Below are positions 24,951 through 36,341 of a stretch of 64,000 nucleotides of DNA, in pieces (position 1 is the first letter of the stretch; every line of letters begins with the position of its first letter). Below the pieces are notes generated by a model that saw only the letters and a list, made by a program, of their open reading frames with translations, did no database searches and was not told the DNA's origin. The DNA is taken from contig JAKMXF010000277.1 of NCBI GenBank assembly GCA_024704765.1, positions 248,001 through 312,000 on the forward strand, read 5' to 3'. The stretch comes from Oopsacas minuta. Taxonomy: Eukaryota > Animalia > Porifera. The translations under genes and the position numbers were made by a program.

Positions 24951-26218
24951 ATATTTAGTTTTGATTTGAATTTTATTTGTCATTTGTAAATATTTTAAGA
25001 GTATTTATTCTATGTTTTTGGAATGAAAAATTATTGACTAGCTTTTGCTCGGTGAGGGTTCTACTTATTACAGTCGAATTTGTAGTTTTTGTCCATTTGA
25101 ATGACGACAAACTATTGATTCATAATACGTAATTACGTGTATATATATGTGTATATATTGGATTCCCATATTATAGAATACTCCATACACAAGATGTATA
25201 ATATTAAGCGGGATCCACTGTACTAACATTATCCACTTATCATAACACTATTCTCATATCAAAATACTGAAAGCTGTTTTAATTACAAAAATTATTATCC
25301 TAACAACAATGAATATTCACATTATAAAATTCACAAAACTTTTGGTTTAATCTTAGTATTTAACACAGAGTTTTACTGTAAATATATTCCAATGAAATAT
25401 GCATTATTTATCTTTTATGTTCTTTAAGATTCAAACTGTAATTCACATTGAACTTTATGATATTACCAGGAATGATACCATCTAGTTAAAACCAGTAGAG
25501 TTATGAAACACAGATTGTGGAGGGGCGCTTTGTGAGTGAACTAGCAACCTTGAATATTATATTCTCAGGTCTCACTGCTCTGACTAGTTTGGATACTAAT
25601 AATTTGGAATTTAGCAATACACCATGTGTTATTTTGTGATAATTATTATATGAGATGAATTTTGGGAGAATTAGAGAGAACATTACATATAGGTATGTCA
25701 TTATATGTGGTATCTCTCTACCTTATACAAAATACAGTATAACTCGGATAGTTACAATCTTATATGGATACAGAAATCTGATCGGTGAGACTCACGTGAG
25801 TAGGCTGTGAGAGTGGGCATCTCGGGTATCACTCGATGGTTCTTAATTCTCAGATGAGTTATATGGATCACCAATTATGATCTATGGTCCACTTAAGTAG
25901 AAACAGCTCGCCACGCTACGGGATATACATGCATTTCTCGCCTCGTAATTCACAGTAGATACTTTATCTATGAGTATTGGGTATTTAACAGTAATGTGTA
26001 TTTCACTGAAGTATCTATGTTTTGTCTGTAATATTGAAGAGATAAATTCACATACAATATATGTAAATGATTCTTCATTGAATTTTTTCTCATATTACAT
26101 AATACTACCACAATTAGTGTCTAAATATCTCTAAAGTATATGGAGAAATACCTTATAAATAGGGATATCACTATAGTTAATATATATTGAATATTTGAAT
26201 TGAAGCAAGATATCAAGA

Positions 26219-27778
26219 ATGAAGAGTATAGCTAGTAGTATCTTAGCATGTGTTGGATTGTTTGTTGTGTATTTGATAGTAGTTGAGGCTGTCTGTTGGA
26301 TAAATTGCCCGAATGAGTCAATTGGCTCGTTAGAGCCCTTCTGTTACCTGAATGATGATGGAGATTCTACGTATTGTGGGTTTATAGTGTTTATATCTGA
26401 CTTAAATGGGCTGACTAATAATTGGACTAAAATCAAGCTCGTGATAAATGTAACAGATCGTATCAATTATATCGAGATCTATTCAGGCTTGTCAGATTAT
26501 CAGTTAGAAATAAATGCTTATCGTCAATTCAATAATATATCAACTTTCCAATCAGGTATTAATAATCACATAGTATCACTATCTTTACTTACCTCGCTTC
26601 CTAATCTTGTATACTTTTCTATGTACTATGGAAACTTCTATCATTTTCCTATATTTTCACTTTTCAACAAACAACTAACTCATCTCAAACTCAATTATTT
26701 CGGGATTCGATCAAATGCTCCAGTAATTCGAAGCAGCTTTGTGAGTGAATTACCAAATTTAGAATATCTCTACCTCTATTCTAATAATAAGTTAGTGGTA
26801 ACTGAAAATATATTCTCAGGTCTCACTGCTCTTACTTATTTGTATACTCATAATTTGCAACTAAGATATCCAATCAGAACTCTATCTCCACTTGTTAGGC
26901 TGAAATATTTGAGTTTTGGTTGCGCAGGTTTATCCGAAATAGATTTTCTAGAGCAAACTTCATGGCTATCCCAGTTAAACAGTATGAATTTCTGGGATAA
27001 TAACATTCAGTCATTTGACACTGATATCTTCTCTGATTATACTCAATTAGAGAGACTAGAATTGGACACAAACTCCATTACTATTATAAACAGAACAAAC
27101 TTTACCAAATTGGGCAATCTGGATTTTCTACGTCTTGATTACAATCAAATAACAACAGTTCCTGAAGACACATTCAGAGATATGCCCCTTCTTCAAATAG
27201 TTGATTTATCTGGCAATCAAATCACAACTATTTCTAGCAAAGTATTCGAGCATCTGTCATACATTGATAGAGTATATTTATCGAGCAACCCATTTCATTG
27301 TGACTGTAGGTTAGAATGGATGTCAAGTGTAAGTCACAAATACGATATATATTTCGAAGATCCATCCTGCAATACTCCACCAGAACATAAAGGTAAATCA
27401 GTATTGTTACCATCTCTCTACACAAACTGTACTAGAGAGCTATCTTATCAGTGTTTCAACAAATCAGTTAAATGTCCAAGAGGTTCTTACTGTCAGGATA
27501 CAATACATAGCTATGAGTGTGTGTGTGAAGGAAAAGGAGTAGCTTTCTCCACCTCACTTAACAGCTGTATTGACTATGAGAAACTCATACAAACAACAAG
27601 ACCGTTATGTGGAGAATATGTATTGGATAGTAATGGTCATTCGAACTTCATTCCATCAACCAATGTCGTTACTACCCATGCACCAACTTGTCCAATACAA
27701 ACTTGTCCAGTACAAACTTGTCCAGTACAACCTGTAACGGAAGCAGATAAAACTCCTACTAGTCTTCCTCCTATATAA
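26219..27778 (+). CDS. LRR-EGF protein family A, copy 2, intact, 519 aa
   Basis: Uninterrupted ORF with signal peptide, LRRs, LRRCT, EGF and a stalk with TCP(I/V)Q repeats. Confidence 0.9.
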   Translation: MKSIASSILACVGLFVVYLIVVEAVCWINCPNESIGSLEPFCYLNDDGDSTYCGFIVFISDLNGLTNNWTKIKLVINVTDRINYIEIYSGLSDYQLEINAYRQFNNISTFQSGINNHIVSLSLLTSLPNLVYFSMYYGNFYHFPIFSLFNKQLTHLKLNYFGIRSNAPVIRSSFVSELPNLEYLYLYSNNKLVVTENIFSGLTALTYLYTHNLQLRYPIRTLSPLVRLKYLSFGCAGLSEIDFLEQTSWLSQLNSMNFWDNNIQSFDTDIFSDYTQLERLELDTNSITIINRTNFTKLGNLDFLRLDYNQITTVPEDTFRDMPLLQIVDLSGNQITTISSKVFEHLSYIDRVYLSSNPFHCDCRLEWMSSVSHKYDIYFEDPSCNTPPEHKGKSVLLPSLYTNCTRELSYQCFNKSVKCPRGSYCQDTIHSYECVCEGKGVAFSTSLNSCIDYEKLIQTTRPLCGEYVLDSNGHSNFIPSTNVVTTHAPTCPIQTCPVQTCPVQPVTEADKTPTSLPPI

Positions 27779-29007
27779 CAAGTACTTCTTCCCCTTAATC
27801 ATACTTATTGTTACTATTTTATTGTTAGTTTTAGAGCTAATCAGTTCTGGTGCAAACCATTGAGTATTGATAGACTTGAATTTCTATAAGTATGATGCAC
27901 GATGTGCTGATTGAGATTGGATGAATAGTTTCCTGCAAGGTATTTCAAGATTATTTGTTCGTTATTTGTTGTGAATTTAGTATATATTTGTTCATTGTTA
28001 TTCAAAATATTAGTTATTCATCAAATATATGTGATATTTTCTCTTTTACCAAATATTTGCATATAATATACTCAATACAACTTTGATAGAGAAAAGCCCG
28101 GGGCACTTCTGAACCAAAGTCAGCAGAAGTGTTACTAAAGAGTATAATCACAGAATGGGTATTCATTGGGCATAATTGCCTCAACCATGGCAGAGGATGC
28201 AAACCTATTTATGTCATATCTCTACACGGAGCACAAATTTTCCATAGACATTGGTCAAAATCCCTGTAAACCCTAGAAAGTTTTTCTGGCTCGCTAAGCT
28301 CGCCTGAAAAACTTTACTAGCGTTAGTTATACCACCTCCTGAGGTAATATCTAGAAAAGTAACATTTGGTTGATCATTATTGAAGATAATGTCCTACTAA
28401 ACAAAAGAAACTCTAACTACTTTCGCAGAGCTGGTATTAACCAGAACACTTTAAGATCCGTGCTGCCGGCCTGTACTATACGAATATACAAAATATCCAT
28501 TAGGATTAGTCCTGGTAAAGTAGGTATCAGTACGTATTTTCTAGAATCCTGGGAACTAGTTTCCCGTTAGATACTGTAGGCCGCAATAATATTTTGAGTC
28601 TGAACAAGATGAGTCACAGAGGCAATATCTTGAATTAAGTAAGAAATCAACTAAATGAAAGAATGTAGGAAATCTTAAAATTGGGTGAATATGGCAGAAA
28701 TGTGCACTTGGTAGGTCGTCTGGGCTGCCCTAAATTTCCGGGGGCCCGTGTGGTTTACGATGTCTATGCTGAGAAGTGAGAACAATAAGTCGACCATTTT
28801 ATTACTGAGCCACGATATCCTATGTAAAATTGTATACTGGATAGTCGGCACGACAAGTTATACAAATGTTTATATGGATTACAGGGAAAATTTCATGAGA
28901 ATTCTGAAATAGAATTGAGAGAGAATTTCGGATGTTTGATAAAAGTATATATGAATCCTAATTATCTTGTAGAAACGTGATAAGAGTAGAGTCAGGTGTC
29001 ATATCAA

Positions 29008-30417
29008 TCACAACAATAACATCAACACTATCAACACCAGGAATATGCCTTGAGGTACTAGTTTGTTGACACCTGAACATGTATACATATCAGAATCCAG
29101 AGTATATCCAGGATTACAAGAACAGTTGTAAGATCCTACAGTATTGGTGCATATTTGCGAACAGTTACTTGAGTTCAAAGAACATTCATCTATGTCAACA
29201 CAGGTGTTAGTTTCAGATTCGAATTCATATCCAGCTTCAGTACAATCACAATATGCACTAGTAGGAGTATTAACACAAACACTATCTGATGGACAGATGA
29301 AGGTATCATTGAAACAATGAAAAGATTGTACAGGGCAATTAATGTAGTTCGAACTATCCGTGATAGAATTGCCATTCAAAAGAACCGGTGTAGAACATAA
29401 GCCCTCAATTCTCCAACCTAGATTATGTGATACATGACTAAGCCAAGCCAAATCACAGTTACAATTAATTGGATTCGAAGTTAAATATACATCAATTAGT
29501 GATTTCTGTCTCGCAAAGAATTCCTGATCTAGTGTTATTAAATTGCATGACAATGCAAATAAGCACTCAAGTTTTGGGAATGTGTAGTTGAGTAGGAAAT
29601 TCATATTTATTGAATGAGATATTATTAGAGTCTCCACACCGTTCAGTCCAATAAATGCATCCTCCTCAATAACTATATCTACTGAATCTACTAAGAGAAC
29701 TATAGTGTTGATCCTCGCAGAATTTGCAAATAGAGGGCTGGGATATCTCTGTATTGGAAAGACACGCATATCAGTTATATTTCGAGCATTATCGAAAGCA
29801 TTATCTGCTAGATCAAACCATATAGCATCAGATGACTGTACAATATTTAAGAAATACAATTCAGGCTGATTTAACATTGCAGAAGTGACTGTAGCTACAG
29901 AAGGAAGTATCAGTGAAACCAATTGAATATATCCAAGTTGGCTACTGTAGAATACAGGAAATCCATCGAGTGTAAGATCATAAAGATATATAGCCCTCAG
30001 GTTAGAAAAACCGATCAGAAAATCTTTACTAACGTTTAGAATATCGCCTGAGGTAACTAATAGAGCTTCAACATCTGGATGATCAGTTTTGAAAATTAGT
30101 TCAATGTTTGCATCAAGAGGGTCTATATCAAGATATGCTATTCCGGGAGCAATCTCCACTACAATCGTCTGGTGATCTAGTCCTTGGATCTGAAATTCAT
30201 TGCAATCAAGATTAGGATATAGCTCTTTATAATATCTTGAGCAGTTGTAGATCAGGTCGTGAGCTTTGGCAGGATCACCAGTGGTAATCATACACCGTAA
30301 GACATTTTCAGAAGGAAAGGAGCAATCCACTTCTGAATCATCACACGTAATTCCTCTGACTGTATTAAGTGATGCACATAAAAATACAAAAAATGATATG
30401 GAGGAAATAGATAGCAT
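29008..30417 (-). CDS. LRR-EGF-cbEGF protein family B, copy 1, probable GPI/TM anchor
   Basis: Signal peptide from ATG 30417, degenerate LRRs, NPINCNCDLAWL, cbEGF CVDIDEC..CSCNPGY, hydrophobic C-terminus. Confidence 0.88.
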   Translation of the reverse strand: MLSISSISFFVFLCASLNTVRGITCDDSEVDCSFPSENVLRCMITTGDPAKAHDLIYNCSRYYKELYPNLDCNEFQIQGLDHQTIVVEIAPGIAYLDIDPLDANIELIFKTDHPDVEALLVTSGDILNVSKDFLIGFSNLRAIYLYDLTLDGFPVFYSSQLGYIQLVSLILPSVATVTSAMLNQPELYFLNIVQSSDAIWFDLADNAFDNARNITDMRVFPIQRYPSPLFANSARINTIVLLVDSVDIVIEEDAFIGLNGVETLIISHSINMNFLLNYTFPKLECLFALSCNLITLDQEFFARQKSLIDVYLTSNPINCNCDLAWLSHVSHNLGWRIEGLCSTPVLLNGNSITDSSNYINCPVQSFHCFNDTFICPSDSVCVNTPTSAYCDCTEAGYEFESETNTCVDIDECSLNSSNCSQICTNTVGSYNCSCNPGYTLDSDMYTCSGVNKLVPQGIFLVLIVLMLLL

Positions 30418-30986
30418 TGTATGAAGAATTGTATACAAGTTGAGTAGCAATACACACAAATTTAACATACAAGTGTATGTAAACAAGTATATACGTATGT
30501 TGGTTGTGTAAAATCAATATAAATTCACATAATTTGTCAAGGTTTGTCATACATGCCAAACAAAGTGCATACTAACTCGGGACAGATTAATGCAATTTCA
30601 TGGGACATTTGGTCATTTCCCGGTACGTCGCGGGAAACTCGGAACCAAAAATTTCGTATTGAGAAACTCACCGAACTTAGGTCAAATGTTGATTAGATAA
30701 TCTGTAACTGAAATCATTACTCTCAATCAAAAAGTACTTATAGCAGTAATCATAATTCAAGAGTAATATTAGCAGTATTCTCCCATTTTTCCCGGGGCGA
30801 TTATCTCGCTAGGAATAGTGAGAATCGAAGCCAATAGATGTTTAAATAGAGATGTAATACAATCTATAATATTTGATCCTATAACAGATAATATGCTCAT
30901 ATGTATTTGTATATAACAAGCCTATACTAGTGTGCATGTATTAAGTTTGTTTGTAATTCGACTTAACTTTCGTTTTCATAGTTACA

Positions 30987-32399
30987 ATGTTAACAATATC
31001 CTATCTATCAATTCTTGTACTATTCTTCATATCACGTAATACAGTGTACAGTGGAAATACTTGTATAACTTCTGAAATATCTTGTTTTTTTACTGAATAC
31101 ACCCTATCTTGTGATGTTACCACCAATGACTCAAGTATAGCTAGCTCAATAATATCCTTTTGTTCGGCATATTTCTCAACCACATTTCCTCCTTCCAAAA
31201 CTTCCCAACTATTTAATGTCCAACAAATCGATCAGCAAACTATTGATATAGAGATCGACCAGAGAGTGCTGAGTCTTGATTTAATCGTTGAAGGAAATAA
31301 TGTAATCGTCTTCAATACTGATCATCCAAATGTTACAACTCTAAAGATTACCACCAACGGGAGTCTAACTGCGAGTAAAGATTTTCTAAGCGGTTTCTCC
31401 AACCTACAGTATGTATATCTTGAATTTCTTACACTCGATGGATTCCCTGTATTCTATACTCAACTTATAGAAATTCGTTTGGATTCACTGATACTACCTT
31501 CTGTAGTTACAGTCACTTCTGCAATGTTAAACCAGCTGATATTGATAAAATTAACCATGATACAGACATATGTTGCACAATGGTTTAATTTAACTGGGAA
31601 TGCCTTCGATAATGCTACATATATCACAGATATGACTCTCTATGGAATACAAAGATATCCCAGTTTTCTATTTGCTAATATTGTGAATCTCCAAAATCTA
31701 TCTCTCATTGTAGATTCACTGGACACAGAATTTGAAGATGATGCATTTATTGGATTGGATGAATTAGTGATTCTGAGAATATCTAATTCAGTAAATATGG
31801 ATTTTCTACTCGAATATACATTCTCAAAACTTGTGACATTAATAGTAGCATCATGCAACCTAACAGCACTAGATCAGGAATTCTTTGCAAGACAGAAATC
31901 ACTAATTGAAATATATTCAAGTTGGAATCCATTTGAATGTGGTTGTGATATGGCCTGGCTTAATTACGTATCAGTGAATCTGAGTTGGACAGTTGATGGA
32001 ACTTGTTCTACCCCAGTAGATGTGGATGGCAATTCTATCACGAATAATTCAAACTATATTGGCTGCCCTCTACAATCTTTTGGGTGCTTCAATGATACAT
32101 TTATCTGTCCATCAGATAGTATTTGTGTTAATACTGCTTCTAGTGCTTTTTGTGATTGTACCGAAGCAGGATATGAATTCCAAAATGAAACTAACACCTG
32201 TGTTGATATAGATGAATGTTCTATTTCCACAGATAACTGTCAACAAATATGTACCAATAATAATGGATCTTTTATCTGTTCTTGTGAACCTGGGTATACT
32301 CTGGATACAGATATGTCTACCTGTTCAGGTGTCAACAAGCTAACATCCCAAGGTATACTCCTGCTGGCGATAGTGTTGATGTTGCTATTATTGATTTAA
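30987..32399 (+). CDS. LRR-EGF-cbEGF protein family B, copy 2, probable GPI/TM anchor, 470 aa
   Basis: Same architecture as B1; [12 protein letters not shown]; ends [24 protein letters not shown]. Confidence 0.9.
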   Translation: MLTISYLSILVLFFISRNTVYSGNTCITSEISCFFTEYTLSCDVTTNDSSIASSIISFCSAYFSTTFPPSKTSQLFNVQQIDQQTIDIEIDQRVLSLDLIVEGNNVIVFNTDHPNVTTLKITTNGSLTASKDFLSGFSNLQYVYLEFLTLDGFPVFYTQLIEIRLDSLILPSVVTVTSAMLNQLILIKLTMIQTYVAQWFNLTGNAFDNATYITDMTLYGIQRYPSFLFANIVNLQNLSLIVDSLDTEFEDDAFIGLDELVILRISNSVNMDFLLEYTFSKLVTLIVASCNLTALDQEFFARQKSLIEIYSSWNPFECGCDMAWLNYVSVNLSWTVDGTCSTPVDVDGNSITNNSNYIGCPLQSFGCFNDTFICPSDSICVNTASSAFCDCTEAGYEFQNETNTCVDIDECSISTDNCQQICTNNNGSFICSCEPGYTLDTDMSTCSGVNKLTSQGILLLAIVLMLLLLI

Positions 32400-33339
32400 C
32401 AGCTAGCATATCTACTGACAGTTAGTATCAGTATCTACCCTTAGGACAGTTCTATCTATTATCCAAGTATTTCATACATATACTCTATAGTTTTCTAATG
32501 TGTTCGTATTTAGAAAAAGCATTTTAATGTGCCCACTATACTTTCTTATGTATATTTCTGCTTTTTTTGAGGTCCTATTATATAGTTATTTTACAATCTA
32601 TGTAGAGGCTACATATATGTATCATGTCGATTTGTCAACTTGTCGATATTGCGAAATAGTAAATGAACATACAAACTGAAATATATTTTGTAAAACGTCG
32701 ATTTCGTAATATCGACATTATTTATTTGTTGATTTTGTAAAATAGTAAAACTCAACACCCTCCTTTGTATAACTAATCGACAAAATCAGATCCACACACA
32801 TTTATTGGCCTATATAATGCACTAGCAAACATAAAATACAAATTCCAATACACTGGTCCCCTCTATAGAGTCCTACAAAGGGAGAATATCTCAATGTTGA
32901 TTTGTTCAAAGTTGAATTTTGGAAATCAACATGCATTCAGCATACTATACAGATGGTGGAATGTTGCTGTTGATTTTGTAATATCAGCTAATAGAATTGT
33001 TGTTTTGCATATTCAACATCTCAAAATATCTATTTTACAAAAATCAACTATTGAAAACTCGCTACCTCCTTGTTATAGATCTTGGAGTTTTGAAGCGCTA
33101 TCTAGTTGCTGTGAGAGATATTTCTTGGGTGCGCAAAGAAACCCTCTTCTAATTGTAATATCCGTATTTTTGAAGAGTCTTCCCATGATACCTAGATTAC
33201 TCCCTGGATGCTATATTCGGAATGAAATATATGGTTATATTAAAGTAGTATTTAAATACACTAAGATTGGAAAATATATGAATAATACAATTACTTTAAA
33301 ATGTAACAAATTTACAGGTTATGCGAGTAAATGTCAATG

Positions 33340-34173
33340 TTAATCTCTAAATCGTAAATGCAACATTTTAGCTTGATTTTTAGTTAACTTAACTGGAGGT
33401 TTTGGCTCTTTACTAATCTTCTTATCTTTTATATCTTTCCAGAACATGGGTTTATCTGGTATGGGTTTATCTGGTATAGAGATACTAAAATTCTCATCTC
33501 TACCTTCTTGTAGCCATAAAAAATCAGGACCATCCAGACCATTATTTTCCCCTTTTCTGTCAGACTTAATCGTCTCGAGTACCTTCACGATAGCTGAAAT
33601 AGGATGCTCTCCCAAAAGTGCATATTTTATCGACTTGATATCACATTTGATCCTCTTGTCCACCTGAGGGTTCTGATCAAAGTATGGGCTACTTACGAAT
33701 GTATCTCCACTTGTGTTCCAATGATACAAAAATTTTAGATTAGACAGGTCATCATTTTTTCTAGCCAGGTATAGCGTGTATCTTGTTTCTGTTTTTCCGT
33801 AGGATAAGTACTTCGCAGTTGGATCTGGTGTTAATATTACTTCTGGGTCTCTCAAAACTTGCATCACAACGTTCCTGGATGTAGGAATTTCTTCGTCTAT
33901 CTTGTTACCTGAAATAATAACAACATGATATTTAGGTAGAAATTGGCCAAATGCCTGGCGCACAAAATACGAGTCTAGTTCTGTATTTTTTAGTTCAACA
34001 TCTTCAATATTTTCATTGTACTCATTGCAAACTTGAATAGGTTTACTTTTAGGCTCCACTTCGTCGCATTGCTTGTTTACTTGTTCAATATTTTCTTGTG
34101 CTAGCGTGTGTACTATTAAGTGTGTTTGCTGTGAATGTGGTTTGTTAGCCACCTTACTATTTCCATAGCCCAT
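33340..34173 (-). CDS. Orphan protein copy 1, predicted N-myristoylated (MGYGNSK), 277 aa
   Basis: Intact ORF with a diverged paralogue at 38247; no domain recognised. Confidence 0.8.
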   Translation of the reverse strand: MGYGNSKVANKPHSQQTHLIVHTLAQENIEQVNKQCDEVEPKSKPIQVCNEYNENIEDVELKNTELDSYFVRQAFGQFLPKYHVVIISGNKIDEEIPTSRNVVMQVLRDPEVILTPDPTAKYLSYGKTETRYTLYLARKNDDLSNLKFLYHWNTSGDTFVSSPYFDQNPQVDKRIKCDIKSIKYALLGEHPISAIVKVLETIKSDRKGENNGLDGPDFLWLQEGRDENFSISIPDKPIPDKPMFWKDIKDKKISKEPKPPVKLTKNQAKMLHLRFRD

Positions 34174-34633
34174 TTTCCTGATAATATTAATGGCTATTTT
34201 GAGGTCTTATTATTCCTATATTATATTCTAGCTATCTGCCTAATCTGTAATTCTGTATAGTACGCATATTGTCTATGTGAATAGTATTTCTTTGAAATAT
34301 CAATTTATGAACTGATTACCTCACCCACGAATGTCATCATAAGCTTATGATATTACATATATGTACTTGCCATATTTGTGTAGAACTGCTCCAAGCTAGC
34401 ATCGGATATCGTTGTATTGTGAAATTTGATATATACAAATTATTTCTTTATTCTCTAATAAAAATTATAATAGGGACACCGAAATCCCGGATTGGATCAA
34501 AACTTCAATCCCGAAATCCAGGGATTACAAAATATTATCGGGATTGTAAGCCCTATTTGCAGTCTTCTCATAATTAGTACACCAATAGATATGCATACAT
34601 ATGTACACTAGATGCAATAATATTATTTAAATA

Positions 34634-34766
34634 CAGTCTGAATCGGTTTTTCTTACTTTATTTTCATGCTAATATTGTAAAGAATGTGAGATTTACATTC
34701 ATTTTCTTTCGATATTTCTTTCTTTATTACCGTGCAAGGAAATAGTAAGAAAACCGGTTTCTACTG
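34634..34766. mobile_element. pogo-like MITE
   Basis: TA-CAGTCTGAATCGGTTTTTCTTACT ... AGTAAGAAAACCGGTTTCTACTG-TA. Confidence 0.7.
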
Positions 34767-34778
34767 TAATTACTATTC

Positions 34779-34982
34779 CATACTTACCAACCCTTTCTAA
34801 CTATTTCCCTCTGGATGTTTATTTACCTCGATTTCTAATTATATGCAAATAATAAGAATATTTCGCTATTTTGTCAGAAAATTGTGAGAAATTTCAAAGA
34901 TTTCTTGGATCAGGGTTATTTCTTTAGATATCATATCAAATCCTGGGATAATCCAAGGATCCCTTGAAGGTTGGCAAATATG
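34779..34982. mobile_element. MITE with CATACTTACCAACC termini (related ends near 30-48 and 7080-7095)
   Basis: CATACTTACCAACC / GGTTGGCAAATATG; CTATTC on both flanks. Confidence 0.65.
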
Positions 34983-35010
34983 CTATTCACTAATCCAATT
35001 AACAATGATA

Positions 35011-35408
35011 AAGTGCCACCTCTATAAGTGTGGTCTCTATAAATGGGGAACCTCTATCACCATTGAGGAATTTATGCCTCTCACATTTTATTTCCATAAG
35101 TGTGGACTTCTACGATAAATTTTCTTGAATAATCAATTTTCGTGCTCGATTTGGAAAAAATTATTTATCACTATGATGAATTGAAATTCTTGGATTTCTC
35201 AGAAGAATATTTCTTGCTAATTTTTATTTTCAACCGACAACCTTAGTTCATATAATAATAACCTAATATCGTTGAAATAAAGTCGTAATACATAGTGACT
35301 CAAATATCTCTCGTTCAAGGACATTTAGATTTGAAATTAGAAATGGGGAAGGGGGGGTCATCAGGAGATTCGCCGGCCTGACTTCCCCCACTTATAGAGG
35401 TTCTACTA
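35011..35408. mobile_element. pogo-like MITE
   Basis: AGTGCCACCTCTATAAGTG ... CACTTATAGAGGTTCTACT, with TA flanks. Confidence 0.6.
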
Positions 35409-35465
35409 TAATATTAATCTTGTGCTAATTTGAGTAGATAAATCTCTTGATACAATGTCGGAATA

Positions 35466-36155
35466 CAGTAGAAGCCGCTTAATCTGGACTCGGATAATCG
35501 GGATATCCGCTTAAACGGGACAATGGTTTTGGAACAGATTTTTTACATAGAAAAATCGTCGGATAATTGGGATATCGAATCGGTTAATCGGGATTTTTTA
35601 TCCGATTAACCGAATATTAATTGTATTCGCTTAATTGGGATTTCTATCCCAATTTAACGATTGTATATTTATACAGAATCATTGTAAAATGGTTTGTTTT
35701 AAAACTAGGAATTTGAATATTCTCTACAACCATAACAATACAACACAGATGCGATTACCATTTACTAAACTAAGATTATTAACATTGCTCACTCGCCTCA
35801 GGTTCCATTGGCTATTCCACCGTGTATAATTCCCTTAATAATGACCACACTGTTGGATATCCAAACGTTTTGCATGGGTTGCGGTAATAAACACATGCAT
35901 AATTATTCAAACTATATTTTCTTACTTATTAAGTATATATCGTAACGCATTCTATGACCTCTTGAAGCGGAACTATACCCATACTACAACCAAATCTCTA
36001 CTAAACCTAGATAAATCAGGATTAGTAATAGAGAAATAGGATATATCTGGTCATGTGACAATGAAAAACTAGTTTTGAATACTTCAATAATCATAATCGG
36101 TTAATCGGGACCAAACATTGCCTCCCGAGCTGTCCCGATTAAGCGGCTTCAACTT
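35466..36155. mobile_element. Non-autonomous Tigger relative of the 22-24 kb element
   Basis: TA-CAGTAGAAGCCGCTTAAT ... GTCCCGATTAAGCGGCTTCAACT; multiple TAATCGGGA subterminal motifs. Confidence 0.75.
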
Positions 36156-36341
36156 ATAATAATGACAATATTTAATTATTGAAATAAAGTAAGGAACGAA
36201 AATATATTATTAATTAGAAATGACATAAATATATAGATATAGATAATTTCGGGAAATTAGAATCTGTAATGACTGATGTGAGTAAATATGAATCCTAAAT
36301 ATCAGTAGTAATGCAAGAGAAACGAGTATAAATATCAGCTG

